Shown here piece after piece: positions 17,695-29,091 of a DNA stretch of 64,000 nucleotides. The notes below the pieces were generated by a model that saw only the letters and a list, made by a program, of their open reading frames with translations, was not told where the DNA came from and did not search any database. Made by a program: the position numbers and the translations under genes. This DNA is from a virus. Each line of letters opens with the position of its first letter. The first letter of the stretch is position 1. The stretch lies in IMG/VR virus record IMGVR_UViG_3300046660_000488, positions 408,640 to 472,639 of that record. One strand, 5' to 3'.

Positions 17695-19095
17695 ATGCCC
17701 GACTTCATTAAGAGTCCTCGGCAGGCGACAACGGTTTTTGGCCTTGATGGTCAGTCCGTCCCGCGCAAGAAGAGCTTGTTCTATGTCCGCTTTCGGCGGG
17801 CAGACAACGCTCAAGCGGGACGGGCTGGCTGGCAAGACAATCTGGGTTTCATGGCGAAGTCGGTTGACCGACCTTCTGTCCAGCCCCAGATTGAAGAGCT
17901 TAACCAGTACGGCAAGAAGCGCCAAGTCACCACCGGAATCAAGAATCAACCCGCGCGGATCGTGTTGTATGACACGGCCGATAGCATGGCTATGCGTATG
18001 TGGGTGGAGTACAGCCGCTGGTACTTCGGCGAATACCGCCAAGACTCAGATGCGATGTGGGACTACGATGTCACCACAGAAGAAATGTATGGCATGGATG
18101 AGGGTTTCGGCTTCACGCTGCGGAACTCGTCGTCGGATGCTATCGACCTCAACTCGCAATTCTTCTTCGACGCACTTGAGGTCTATCAAGTCTGGGGTGG
18201 ATATTTCACCCAGTTTGACCTGATCAATCCCAAGATCAGCGCGTTCGACCCCGACGAACTTGACTATTCGGTCACCGAGCCATCCACGATCAGCGTCACG
18301 CTGAACTATGAGGCGATGATCCACCAGAACGGCGCCGCGCCGCAGCCGATCTCGTCTGATCCTCTTGTCGCATCGGTGTTCGGCGGTCTGTTCAACGGCA
18401 ACACGTTCGATCCCGAGGGCGCTGCGTCCTCGAAGCCGCGACACGGCTACAATTTCACCGACAAGGATGTGGCCCCCGCGCCGCTGTCCTTCCGGAACAA
18501 GACGCTCGGCCAGATCGTGGACAGCGCTCTGCACACCGCGACCGGGTCGCAAGGCGTTGGCTCGCTGGGCATCTTCGGCAATTTCAACTTCGGCGCGGCC
18601 ACCGGCGTCAACACCGGCAGTCTGGCGGGCGACATTTCGTACCTCGCCACCGGAAACCCGGCGCTGGCATCGGTGCTGAACCAGACGGTCGGCCAAGCCG
18701 CGACGTCTGCCTCTTCGCGCATCCTGTCCACGGGGTCGTCGAACGTCGTCTCCGGCTATTCGTCCAGCAAGGTCGATACGGCCAAGAGCGCCCTGCTCGG
18801 CGCGGCGACGAACGTGTCCAACAAGTACGCCAATCAGTACGTCAACAACAACCTGTTGGGCGGCGTAGTCGCCGCTGGCGTCATTGAAGGCACACCCGCC
18901 ACGGATCAGGTCTCGAAGACTTCGTCCGGCCTGTCCCTGAAGAGCATGGCTCTGGCGGTCATCAACTCCAATCGCGCTCCGGTAAGCCAGATCGGCTTCA
19001 ACCAAGTGACCCAGCTTACCCCCGTCGTTGCTGACAGCAACCCGGCCGGGTTCCTTCCCGCAGGTGTTCCGGACGTGAATTTTGACGAGGATTAG
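17695..19095 (+). CDS. tail tube-related / virion structural protein
   Basis: A 466-aa ORF directly after the tube gene. The N-terminal region looks like a tube-fold and the C-terminus is a G/S/A-rich extension. Confidence 0.45.
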   Translation: MPDFIKSPRQATTVFGLDGQSVPRKKSLFYVRFRRADNAQAGRAGWQDNLGFMAKSVDRPSVQPQIEELNQYGKKRQVTTGIKNQPARIVLYDTADSMAMRMWVEYSRWYFGEYRQDSDAMWDYDVTTEEMYGMDEGFGFTLRNSSSDAIDLNSQFFFDALEVYQVWGGYFTQFDLINPKISAFDPDELDYSVTEPSTISVTLNYEAMIHQNGAAPQPISSDPLVASVFGGLFNGNTFDPEGAASSKPRHGYNFTDKDVAPAPLSFRNKTLGQIVDSALHTATGSQGVGSLGIFGNFNFGAATGVNTGSLAGDISYLATGNPALASVLNQTVGQAATSASSRILSTGSSNVVSGYSSSKVDTAKSALLGAATNVSNKYANQYVNNNLLGGVVAAGVIEGTPATDQVSKTSSGLSLKSMALAVINSNRAPVSQIGFNQVTQLTPVVADSNPAGFLPAGVPDVNFDED

Positions 19096-19097
19096 TA

Positions 19098-19634
19098 GTG
19101 GCCAAAAAGCCAACTATCACGACCGGTGGTGATTTCGAAGTAAAAGTGCAGGCCCACGCCAACAAGAAGAAAACGGCGAACGGCGTCTTCACTCCCAAGA
19201 ACCCCGACAAGTATCACGGCAAGCATCCGATCTCCTACCGTTCCTCATGGGAATTGCGGGTGATGATGAAGCTGGACGACCACCCGTACTATCTGGCGTG
19301 GAGTTCGGAGTCGGTGAACGTCACCTATTACCACCCCTATTACCGCAAGTGGAAGACGTATCTCCCTGATTTCTTGGTCAAATACATGGACCGGAACGGC
19401 AAGCACCACATCGAAATGATCGAGGTCAAGCCGGTCAAGGAAAGCCCGCTCCACGACAGCAAGAAATTGCCGAACGGTAAATACCAGAAACTACGTCTGA
19501 ACGAACAGACCAAAGCAATCCGCAACGTCAATGCTGCGAAGTGGCAAGCCGCCAAAGCATTCTGCGATGCCAAGGGCTGGAAGTTCGTCGTCTGGACGGA
19601 AGAAGAAATCTTTCAATGGGATGGTAGGAAATGA
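19098..19634 (+). CDS. PD-(D/E)xK nuclease-like protein
   Basis: LPDFLV...KHHIEMIEVKP gives a PD ... E-V-K arrangement. The GC content is lower than that of the neighbouring genes. Confidence 0.4.
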   Translation: MAKKPTITTGGDFEVKVQAHANKKKTANGVFTPKNPDKYHGKHPISYRSSWELRVMMKLDDHPYYLAWSSESVNVTYYHPYYRKWKTYLPDFLVKYMDRNGKHHIEMIEVKPVKESPLHDSKKLPNGKYQKLRLNEQTKAIRNVNAAKWQAAKAFCDAKGWKFVVWTEEEIFQWDGRK

Positions 19635-20233
19635 CCCGAGGAATGGAAATCATGCACAACCTTCCGAGCATGGAAGAGTTGATGGACATGGACAAGAAGG
19701 GCAAGGCCGTCGAGGTCATGCCTGAAGTCGAGATCGACGACGAAGATGGTGGGGACTTTGAACCCAACTATGGCGACCTGTCGAATCTCCCGGCGAGCAC
19801 CAGCCGGAGCGAATTGGTCATGAGCGGTATGCCGCTTCAGGATCACGACGACTCGATGGACACCATCCACGACGAGACCCTGAAGCACGCCCAAGACCTC
19901 ATGGACTATGGCTACAGCGCCGAACCGCGCTCGCAGGCCACGCTCTTCGAGAAGGCGAACATGCTCTACAAGACGGCTCTGGACGCCAAGGCCACGAAGA
20001 TCGACGCACACCTCAAAATCCGCAAGCTGATGCTGGATCAGAAGAAACTCGAACTCGAAGAGAAAAAGCTGAACCATGAAATGGGCAACAAGACTGCCGA
20101 CATGGAAGCAGAGGCCACGGTGATTTTCGACCGCAACGACATGGTCCGCAAGCTCCGCGAGGACGCCAAGCGCGAACGTCTGGAAGCGGGCGTTCCGGAA
20201 TGGACTCCGGAACCCGACGACGGTTCTGACTAA
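19631..20233 (+). CDS. acidic coiled-coil protein (scaffold/core-like)
   Basis: A 200-aa ORF, very acidic. Heptad-like stretches include KIDAHLKIRKLMLDQKKLELEEKKL. Confidence 0.4.
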   Translation: MTRGMEIMHNLPSMEELMDMDKKGKAVEVMPEVEIDDEDGGDFEPNYGDLSNLPASTSRSELVMSGMPLQDHDDSMDTIHDETLKHAQDLMDYGYSAEPRSQATLFEKANMLYKTALDAKATKIDAHLKIRKLMLDQKKLELEEKKLNHEMGNKTADMEAEATVIFDRNDMVRKLREDAKRERLEAGVPEWTPEPDDGSD

Positions 20234-20272
20234 GCATAAATAGCTGGAACGCCGTTTTCGGGGATTTTACCT

Positions 20273-21052
20273 ATGAACTTCAAGCAATACGTTGACGAAG
20301 CCACGAGCTTCTACAACTACCGTATCAAGACGATCTGCATTCTCGACGACAACGCCATGGACTGGCTTGAGCGCGTCGTGCTGAAGTATGACCCGGTGGA
20401 CATCAGCAAGCCGCGCAAGCTGATGCTGCAAAAGGCTCCGCTCGATTTCACCAACGTGCCGGTCGGCTCGGAAGTGTGGATGGTCGATATTCAGACCGCC
20501 TTGCCGGTCTCGTCCTACGTCCTCCAGAAGGAACTGCAACTGGCTCTGGGCCTGCCGGAAACGCACGTCGTCGTGCGCGGCGCCAACGATCCGGTCGAGA
20601 TCGAGAACGAGCGCAAGAACGCTGAAGACGAGATCGACAAGGAAGCCGCCGCCAAGGGCATGACCCGTGACGCTCTGCTGAACGATCCAGACTACACCGA
20701 AGCCGATCACGACACCCCGGAACTGTACGGCGACGATTACAACGGCCGCCTGCTCGGCTATCTCCGCACGGTCCAGAAGGAACGTGAAGGCGACCAGAAG
20801 ATCGACGCCCCGAACGCCAAGTTTGGCTGGCTGAACATGCCCAAGCCGGACGTCGCCGACGACAATGGCGCCTACAACTCCGACATCGCCGGTGCACCGA
20901 CCATCGGCCAGCCGGGCGATGGCCAAGACCTGCCGACCGCGCCGCAGGGCAACCTGTCGGGCCACAAGCGCACCTATCGTCGCCTGTACGGCAAGGACGG
21001 TGCTCGCTCGACGATCTCGCGCGACATGGACACGACGAAAGACCCCAAGTAA
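20273..21052 (+). CDS. hypothetical virion protein
   Basis: A 259-aa ORF. A CATAAATAG box lies about 25 nt upstream. Confidence 0.45.
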   Translation: MNFKQYVDEATSFYNYRIKTICILDDNAMDWLERVVLKYDPVDISKPRKLMLQKAPLDFTNVPVGSEVWMVDIQTALPVSSYVLQKELQLALGLPETHVVVRGANDPVEIENERKNAEDEIDKEAAAKGMTRDALLNDPDYTEADHDTPELYGDDYNGRLLGYLRTVQKEREGDQKIDAPNAKFGWLNMPKPDVADDNGAYNSDIAGAPTIGQPGDGQDLPTAPQGNLSGHKRTYRRLYGKDGARSTISRDMDTTKDPK

Positions 21053-21748
21053 ATGGCGAACGTCTACGAATTCTTCGGTGGTCCGGGCAACCTGAGCAGC
21101 AGTGATCGTGATCGGTTGCTGGCGATGTTCCACGACGCCGGTATCGACGAAGACGAAATTCGTCGTGGCATCGAATTGGATCGCTCCGGATACTGGGAGA
21201 TCGCAGAAGAATTTGGTGGCATCAGCGTCAACGATGCCCGCAACATGGTCCACGAGTTGATCCACAGCCTCCGCAACGACATTGAGGAAAGCTACAACTC
21301 GATGGTCAACGAGGACGACAACGACCGCTACGGCTATGAGAGCGACACGCTGGGCAATGTCACCGTCCGCGACGCTGAAAGCGGCCGTAGCCGCTTCCTG
21401 AAGGGCTCCATTGCGTCCAAGCTGAAGGCTATGCTTGCAGCCCATCCGTCCGGCGAGCAAAACATCATCGCCCAGTTCATGGGTGAAGCACTCGAAGAGA
21501 GCCTGTTCTTCGAGGAAGACGACGACGATTACGCCGGTGAAGTCAACTCGACGCGCGGTACTTACAACTTTCCGTGGACAATTGCCGGAAAACATGGTAC
21601 GGCCACTGCTGATTACAGCGGTCGCGGTGACCCCGATGCAATGACTATCGTTTCCGTCCGAGACGCAAGCGGTAAGGAATTCGACGCGGAAGCCCGTGTT
21701 CTCGCTGAACTGAAGAAGCAGGCTATCGCCTTTATTGGGAACGCATGA
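21053..21748 (+). CDS. hypothetical protein
   Basis: A 231-aa acidic ORF. Confidence 0.45.
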   Translation: MANVYEFFGGPGNLSSSDRDRLLAMFHDAGIDEDEIRRGIELDRSGYWEIAEEFGGISVNDARNMVHELIHSLRNDIEESYNSMVNEDDNDRYGYESDTLGNVTVRDAESGRSRFLKGSIASKLKAMLAAHPSGEQNIIAQFMGEALEESLFFEEDDDDYAGEVNSTRGTYNFPWTIAGKHGTATADYSGRGDPDAMTIVSVRDASGKEFDAEARVLAELKKQAIAFIGNA

Positions 21749-22290
21749 TGGACATGAGAGACCTGTTCGAATCGTCTATCGACGATGAAGAAGACGACGG
21801 CGCGTATCACGACAACGAATCGGATCACGCTGACGCGCTTCAACGGACCGGTTTCTGGGGTTCCGCCGGTGCGGGCCTTGTCTTCTTGTCACGTCGAACC
21901 GGTCGCCTCCTGCTGGCCCACCGTTCGTCTGAAGTCGAGCAGCCCCACACGTGGGGAAACTGGGGCGGCGCTGTAGATCGCTCCGAAATGAAGAACCCGG
22001 CCGCCGCCGCCATGCGCGAGGCCCGTGAGGAAACCGGATATTCCGGAACCATCGACATCGTCCCGGCTTTCCGGTTCCAGTCGGGAAGCTTCCAGTATTT
22101 CAACTTCATCGGCGTCGTCGATAACGAATTCGCGCCGCATCGGAATTGGGAAACCCAAGGCTTTGAATGGTGCGAGTGGGGCCACTGGCCGTCACCGCTG
22201 CATTTCGGCCTCCAAGCCCTGTTCAACGACCCCGCCTCGGCGCGCACGATCAAGACCCTGATCAGCGATTTCCGGTCGCGCCCAGCTTAA
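21745..22290 (+). CDS. NUDIX hydrolase
   Basis: The Nudix box GNWGGAVDRSEMKNPAAAAMREAREETGY is present. The N-terminus MMDMRDLFESS resembles the shared N-terminal peptide of the effector island. Confidence 0.7.
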   Translation: MMDMRDLFESSIDDEEDDGAYHDNESDHADALQRTGFWGSAGAGLVFLSRRTGRLLLAHRSSEVEQPHTWGNWGGAVDRSEMKNPAAAAMREAREETGYSGTIDIVPAFRFQSGSFQYFNFIGVVDNEFAPHRNWETQGFEWCEWGHWPSPLHFGLQALFNDPASARTIKTLISDFRSRPA

Positions 22291-22357
22291 CCACATTTTT
22301 GGTTTGCCAGTTCAAAACTGGCTGGCTATGATCCGCCCACTCGTTTGAGGTGCGTGC

Positions 22358-22645
22358 GTGAACCGTCAAGCTAAATCCGACCAAGCCCTGTCGTTCCAAT
22401 GTCCGACATGCCAAGCGGAACCCGGCCACAAATGCCGGGATTGGCGAGGAAATTTCGTGCTTGCACACCGCCGCCGGGTGACCTTGGCGGCCGGTCAGCA
22501 GGCTTGGGACAGGCGCCCCGATCTCGACAATTACGAAGGGGCAATCGACGACTTGATTGCCAAGCTTCAAGACGTTAAAGCCGCAGGCTTCAGTCACGTG
22601 TTCATGGACAGTGGCGTAGCTCCGATTTACGCGAGGGTGCGATGA
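22358..22645 (+). CDS. small Zn-ribbon protein
   Basis: CPTCQA...HKC. Confidence 0.4.
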   Translation: MNRQAKSDQALSFQCPTCQAEPGHKCRDWRGNFVLAHRRRVTLAAGQQAWDRRPDLDNYEGAIDDLIAKLQDVKAAGFSHVFMDSGVAPIYARVR

Positions 22646-23019
22646 GCCGACACATGATCATCACCGGCAAAGACGGTGATGTGGAATTCGTCTGGGACAA
22701 AGACCAAGACGACGCCGTCCGCGCCATGATCGAGAAGAAGCTGTCGGAGGGCGTGCGGTTCATGATCCGCAAGCCGATCCTCGGCTCGGCTCTCAAGCGG
22801 ACGAAGGAGATCAAGAAGGTCTCCCAACTCAAGGGCCGCAACGTGATCGCCAAGACGATCAACGATCAAGACATTCGCGACCTGTTCACCAGCGGCAAGG
22901 TTGAAATGGCCCGCGCCGACGACAAGTGGTACGCCAAAGAGACGCCGGTCGTCTCGACCAGCGCCGACGAGATCATGAACAGCCAATCGGTCGGCCTCGC
23001 GCCCATGCGCGGGGGTTGA
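22642..23019 (+). CDS. hypothetical protein
   Basis: A 125-aa basic ORF. Confidence 0.45.
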   Translation: MSRHMIITGKDGDVEFVWDKDQDDAVRAMIEKKLSEGVRFMIRKPILGSALKRTKEIKKVSQLKGRNVIAKTINDQDIRDLFTSGKVEMARADDKWYAKETPVVSTSADEIMNSQSVGLAPMRGG

Positions 23020-23022
23020 TGC

Positions 23023-24219
23023 TTGGTCGCGCACGAGAATAGCTGGTTTCTCGACTGCTCCCTGATCCTCGGGGACATCGGCCCCGACACCTACTACTAT
23101 TACCAGAACGTCGATCCATACACGGATGACGTGATCGGCAACTATCGCAGCCCGCCGGGCATGGTGTTCGACACCCACGGCGATAGCCTGTCGTATCAGG
23201 CGCTCATGATGGAAGCCCGGTTCACCGAGTGGCGCGCGGCCTTCCCCAAGGCCGCGTTGGGTGTCTCCGTGTCCAGTGTCGAGACCTTCGGCCATGTCCT
23301 ACAAAATCACGTCAGTGAATTGGCGATTGGCGCCGTGAACCACGGCCACCGGCGCGTCACAGCGGAGGTGCGAGAGGCCAAGCACTTCAACCAGACCACG
23401 AAGGTCATGCGGCGGGCGATGAACAGGATCGCGGCCGACCTTCAGGGCCTCGACCGTGACACCTTGCTTCGCATCGACGCCGAGCACACGGCCTACCTGC
23501 AATCGCGCCTGTACGAGCGCCCGCAGGACGTCGAGGGCATCCCGTTTTATCAGCGAGACCTGCGGCCGATCAAGAACGCCAAGGCCTTCATTCGCCGCGA
23601 GCAGAAGCATGCGCGCAGCATCATGAAGCGCAGCATGAAATTCCTCAGCGCCCTGATCGGCGACGACGCCACGCGGATGTTCGTGAGCGGCGACCGAATC
23701 AGGATTGAGGGCCAGCATTGCGTCTACGAAATCCATCGCACCGGCCGCATGGCCTATGAGCACGGCGGCTCCGGCCTGAAGGTGTTCACCAAGGACGAAG
23801 ACATCCACCTGTGCGACATCTGCATCTACACGCCGAACGTCCCGATCTTCGATCACGTCGCTGGGATCGTCATGCACATCAAGGCTGGTGAGGAAGACAA
23901 GATTCTGGAGATCGGCAACCCCTATAATCTCAGCGAGGCCGCCAAGCAGCAGGAATGGCTCGTTCCCTACCTGCCCAAGCCTCGTGTGCCTCAGCCGCCG
24001 GTGGAACAGCCGGACCGGGATTTCATGGGCATCCGCGCGGTCCCGTACTTTGGGGACCTGCCGCAGGTCTATCGCGGCGCTGACCGCGAGCAACGTCTGA
24101 GAACCATGCGGCATCTGATCGGCCGCCACCTATATGACGACCTTGGCCTTGAGCGCTTCGCGCTGGCCGGTCGTGTTGTGAAAGAACAAAGGGCGTTGGA
24201 ACGTGTACGAGTGGCTTGA
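23023..24219 (+). CDS. hypothetical protein (TTG start in the track; the true start is uncertain)
   Basis: A 398-aa ORF. Confidence 0.4.
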   Translation: MVAHENSWFLDCSLILGDIGPDTYYYYQNVDPYTDDVIGNYRSPPGMVFDTHGDSLSYQALMMEARFTEWRAAFPKAALGVSVSSVETFGHVLQNHVSELAIGAVNHGHRRVTAEVREAKHFNQTTKVMRRAMNRIAADLQGLDRDTLLRIDAEHTAYLQSRLYERPQDVEGIPFYQRDLRPIKNAKAFIRREQKHARSIMKRSMKFLSALIGDDATRMFVSGDRIRIEGQHCVYEIHRTGRMAYEHGGSGLKVFTKDEDIHLCDICIYTPNVPIFDHVAGIVMHIKAGEEDKILEIGNPYNLSEAAKQQEWLVPYLPKPRVPQPPVEQPDRDFMGIRAVPYFGDLPQVYRGADREQRLRTMRHLIGRHLYDDLGLERFALAGRVVKEQRALERVRVA

Positions 24220-24424
24220 TCCGGTCGCCGCCATCGACGATGTTCGAGGTCTTCGCGCCGAGCTTGCATCGGTCAAAGCCCAATTGAGGGAAGCGACCTA
24301 CGAGCCTCGGCGTCAGAAAATCGAAAGCGCCCGTGCCCTCCGGTTCCTTCGGGACGTCAAGGGTCACAAGTTGTCGCCTAGACAAGAAGAGATCATTGCT
24401 ATGTGGGCAGACGGTGAGCCCTAA
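24203..24424 (+). CDS. hypothetical small protein
   Basis: A 73-aa ORF. Confidence 0.3.
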   Translation: MYEWLDPVAAIDDVRGLRAELASVKAQLREATYEPRRQKIESARALRFLRDVKGHKLSPRQEEIIAMWADGEP

Positions 24425-24434
24425 ATAAGGGATC

Positions 24435-25514
24435 ATGATCCCGACGAACCCTGCATATCTGACAAGCAAGGAATACTTGCAGGCGACCAACCAGAGCCGC
24501 AAATGGCACGAAGGCCATGCGTACAATTGGTCGCTTGATCAGATCAACAACGGGTACGGCTCGTCCAACAAAAACACCTTCCCCAAGTTGCTTGGTCGCA
24601 AGATCATCAAGGGCCTGACTTTCGAGTTCCGTCAGAAGGACGAGAGCGAGGGTCCGATGATCGGCGTCTGGAACGAAGAGGGCCAGAAGGTCGGCGGCAC
24701 GCAGGACGAATGGGGCGCCATGCTCGTCTACGTCGCCAAGGAATACCGTGGCTTCGGCCTCGGCCCCATGCTCATCAAGATCGCACGCACGCTTGAGCCG
24801 ATGAAGGACTCAGGTGGATTCACCGACGCGGGCCGCAACAACCTCGTCAAGGCACACCGCGAGTTCGTCCGCGACGCTCTGAAGAACGGGACTTACACCA
24901 AGCTGGTCCGCTCGGGTCAGATGTCCATCGAGCGCGTCAAGGAGATCGTGGACAGCGCGCACCTGTCCATGCGTCCCAAGGCCGACACGGAAGACCTCAG
25001 CAGCAAGCCGCAGGACTGGCTGCTCTACGTCGGCGGCTACGGCGACTTCATCCTCTACGACAAGAAACTGAAGAACCTGATCGGCCGCGATGACCGCGAG
25101 CATTTCCACGACCAGATGATCAAGGGCTACGTGCTGGTCCGCGAGCCGCGCGACGGCAAGGCGATCATCGTCCGCTTCGGTGGACAGAACGACAAGTTCA
25201 AGACCTTCATGATGACCTGCGCGATCTGGTGGGCGAACAAGGAAGGCGCGACCTTCGACGTGGACCCGGAAGACGTCAAGTACGTGGACAAGCGCTTCGC
25301 CAAGGTCTCACCCAAGCACAACATGCAGGTCGGCCACACGCGTTATCGCGTCACCGTGACCGGCGAAATCCCCAATTTCAACGACTTCGCAATGGTCGAG
25401 AAGCACTGGCGTAAGCAGAACGACCAGTACGACGAGTTCAAGAATTACATGATGGACTTGGCCAACAGCATCTACCAGCCTCAGCCGGTAGTAAAGGATC
25501 GTTGGGCGGCTTAA
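24435..25514 (+). CDS. GNAT-like acetyltransferase domain protein
   Basis: AMLVYVAKEYRGFGLGPMLIKIA matches the acetyl-CoA-binding R/Q-x-x-G-x-G/A motif. A CTAAATAA box ends 7 nt before the ATG. Confidence 0.45.
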   Translation: MIPTNPAYLTSKEYLQATNQSRKWHEGHAYNWSLDQINNGYGSSNKNTFPKLLGRKIIKGLTFEFRQKDESEGPMIGVWNEEGQKVGGTQDEWGAMLVYVAKEYRGFGLGPMLIKIARTLEPMKDSGGFTDAGRNNLVKAHREFVRDALKNGTYTKLVRSGQMSIERVKEIVDSAHLSMRPKADTEDLSSKPQDWLLYVGGYGDFILYDKKLKNLIGRDDREHFHDQMIKGYVLVREPRDGKAIIVRFGGQNDKFKTFMMTCAIWWANKEGATFDVDPEDVKYVDKRFAKVSPKHNMQVGHTRYRVTVTGEIPNFNDFAMVEKHWRKQNDQYDEFKNYMMDLANSIYQPQPVVKDRWAA

Positions 25515-25551
25515 AATCGCAGTAAATTATGTTGTGTGCTAAGTTAATAGT

Positions 25552-26031
25552 ATGCACACAATTCTTGAAAACATTGAAGTCGATTACGAGAAAAATCGCA
25601 CGGATCGCATTTCCGGCGCTTCTGCTGGGTACGCGACTATCAAACGCATCACTCAGCCGTTCGCAGAGCGGTATGCTTTGAAGATTTGGCCGGACGAAAG
25701 CCTTCATGTCAATTCCAGATTTGAAGACATCCGTGGCCAGTCGGTGAAAGACCTGATCACGACCAAGCTGAAAGCTCGCTGGACGTTCGAAGCTGCACAG
25801 GGAGCCGCGAGCACGACCGGACTTTCCGCAGCCGACATCGAAGAAGAGATCACCGCATTGCTCTACGAATTTCTGGCCAATGAGATCATCGTGATCCGTG
25901 ATCAATTGCTTTCGGAAGGAAAGATCATGTGCCCATACCTTCCGATTTCGTCGTCGTCAGTCATCATCGACCCCGAGACATTCGAGCCTGTTGTGGCATT
26001 CACAACCAAATACGCGGTGATCAACGCATGA
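25552..26031 (+). CDS. hypothetical protein, tandem paralog 1
   Basis: The C-terminus GKIMCPYLPISSSSVIIDPETFEPVVAFTTKYAVINA is shared with paralog 2. The GC content is lower than the surroundings. Confidence 0.45.
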   Translation: MHTILENIEVDYEKNRTDRISGASAGYATIKRITQPFAERYALKIWPDESLHVNSRFEDIRGQSVKDLITTKLKARWTFEAAQGAASTTGLSAADIEEEITALLYEFLANEIIVIRDQLLSEGKIMCPYLPISSSSVIIDPETFEPVVAFTTKYAVINA

Positions 26032-26516
26032 ACATGCCCTCATCTTTCGCAACGATCCAAGTGCTCGTGGACAACTTGATGCACTACATCAAGTTCATCG
26101 CCGAAAACGGCGTCCGGACTGAACCCAACAACGCCGCCGCAGCCAACAAGCTGTCGCTGGCCTATGCCGCGCGCCATGCGGAATCGCTGTTCCCTGATCC
26201 ACGTCTCTACGTGAAGGACAAGCAGGTTCAGGGCAAGGACGTCGAAATCCTCACCCACCGTTTCTCCACCATCATGGAGTTCGAGGCGTTTCAGGATGAC
26301 GTCACCCGGCGCGGGGAAGCCGCAGAGACAGAATTCCTGCATCAGCTATACGACGGCCTCGTCGTCGAGACTAAGGAACTGATCGCGCGCCATGCGGCTG
26401 AAGGCAAGATCGTCTGCCCGTACATCGTCGCCGGTTCGGCTGGTCCGGTGATCAGCCCAGAGACCTTCGAACCGTACATGCCGTTCTTCATCAAGTACGC
26501 TCTGATCGACGCCTAA
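26028..26516 (+). CDS. hypothetical protein, tandem paralog 2
   Basis: The C-terminus is GKIVCPYIVAGSAGPVISPETFEPYMPFFIKYALIDA. Confidence 0.45.
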   Translation: MNMPSSFATIQVLVDNLMHYIKFIAENGVRTEPNNAAAANKLSLAYAARHAESLFPDPRLYVKDKQVQGKDVEILTHRFSTIMEFEAFQDDVTRRGEAAETEFLHQLYDGLVVETKELIARHAAEGKIVCPYIVAGSAGPVISPETFEPYMPFFIKYALIDA

Positions 26517-26572
26517 GCAGCGATAAAGCCTGATCTAATACGACTCCTCCGCGAATAAATTGGCTTCGCCAC

Positions 26573-26580
26573 CTAAATAC
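26573..26580 (+). promoter_or_regulatory. late-promoter-like box CTAAATAC upstream of the terminase gene
   Basis: The box lies about 55 nt upstream of ATG 26636. A 12-bp inverted repeat flanks it (GGCTTCGCCACC ... GGTGGCGGAGCC). Confidence 0.4.
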
Positions 26581-26587
26581 TTTGTAG

Positions 26588-28231
<1,644 letters not shown>

Positions 28232-28235
28232 AGAA

Positions 28236-28266
28236 ATGGGGTGTGGAAACGCACCCCATTTTTCTT
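28236..28266 (+). terminator. rho-independent terminator after the terminase gene
   Basis: GGGGTGT-ggaaac-GCACCCC followed by ATTTTTCTT. Confidence 0.5.
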
Positions 28267-28353
28267 GGGTTGCTACCACAATTTGGTTGACCGAAACGCA
28301 AATTGCCCGTATGAGTCCGGCATTGGATCAACGATCTCGGAGACCCGTCCGCC

Positions 28354-29091
28354 ATGTTCGACAAGCATCCCACCAAAGCACCGGCCGCCCCCAAGGAAGC
28401 CGTGGTTGAAGTCGGTATCGCTGGCATGCGCGACGTCGCGGTGATCGCTAAGGCGCTCGAAGCGCTGAAGACCGAATACGACACCCGTCTGGGCGGCATC
28501 AAGGACGGCCCGGTTCTGGATTACTTCGTCAACACCGGCGCCAAGACCAAGTCCCGCCCCGACAACTTCCGCGCCGTCGAGGAAGACGGTCAAGCCAGCG
28601 TCGTGCTGCGCGACCGCACCACCGGCCTGAAGGAAAGCGAGATCGCCCTGTGCAAGGCGAACCGCATCAAGACCCGCAAGGTCGTCACCGTGCCGGGGAC
28701 CTACCTCTTCAACCCGGAACACAACACGGCCGAAATGCGCGCGTTGATCACCAGCCTTCTGCAAGGCAAGGAAGGCATCCCGGCCGACCTGTTCATGTGG
28801 CAGGACGAGCAGAGCGCCACCATGCCGGAAGAGGGCGCGATGGAAGCGCTGTTCAAGACCGGCAAGGCTGACCGCATCCGCACGATGATCCCGGTCCTCG
28901 GCCAGATCGCCGTCACGCCGACCTTGAAGGAAAACGAGCTTGAAAAGCATCTGGATCGCGTCAAGACGCTGATCACGGACGCCGCCGTCGCCCTGACCAA
29001 GGCCGTCGCCGCCGCTATCCAAGCCAAGGCCGACAAGGCTGCGGCCAAGGCGGCTGGCAAGGGCAAGAAGGGCGTTCCCGTTGCCGGTTGA
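28354..29091 (+). CDS. hypothetical protein with a Lys/Ala-rich C-terminal tail
   Basis: A 245-aa ORF. The C-terminus is KADKAAAKAAGKGKKGVP. Confidence 0.45.
   Translation: MFDKHPTKAPAAPKEAVVEVGIAGMRDVAVIAKALEALKTEYDTRLGGIKDGPVLDYFVNTGAKTKSRPDNFRAVEEDGQASVVLRDRTTGLKESEIALCKANRIKTRKVVTVPGTYLFNPEHNTAEMRALITSLLQGKEGIPADLFMWQDEQSATMPEEGAMEALFKTGKADRIRTMIPVLGQIAVTPTLKENELEKHLDRVKTLITDAAVALTKAVAAAIQAKADKAAAKAAGKGKKGVPVAG

Noticed and set aside
19631-20233. Calling the acidic coiled-coil ORF the prohead scaffold or the prohead protease.
   Set aside because: Only composition supports this. No protease catalytic residues are recognisable, so it was left as scaffold/core-like with low confidence.
26536-26546. 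TAATACGACTC, an 11-nt match to the 5' half of the T7 class III promoter.
   Set aside because: The downstream ACTATAG half is absent. No T7-like RNAP is expected in a T4-like phage. It is most probably a chance match.
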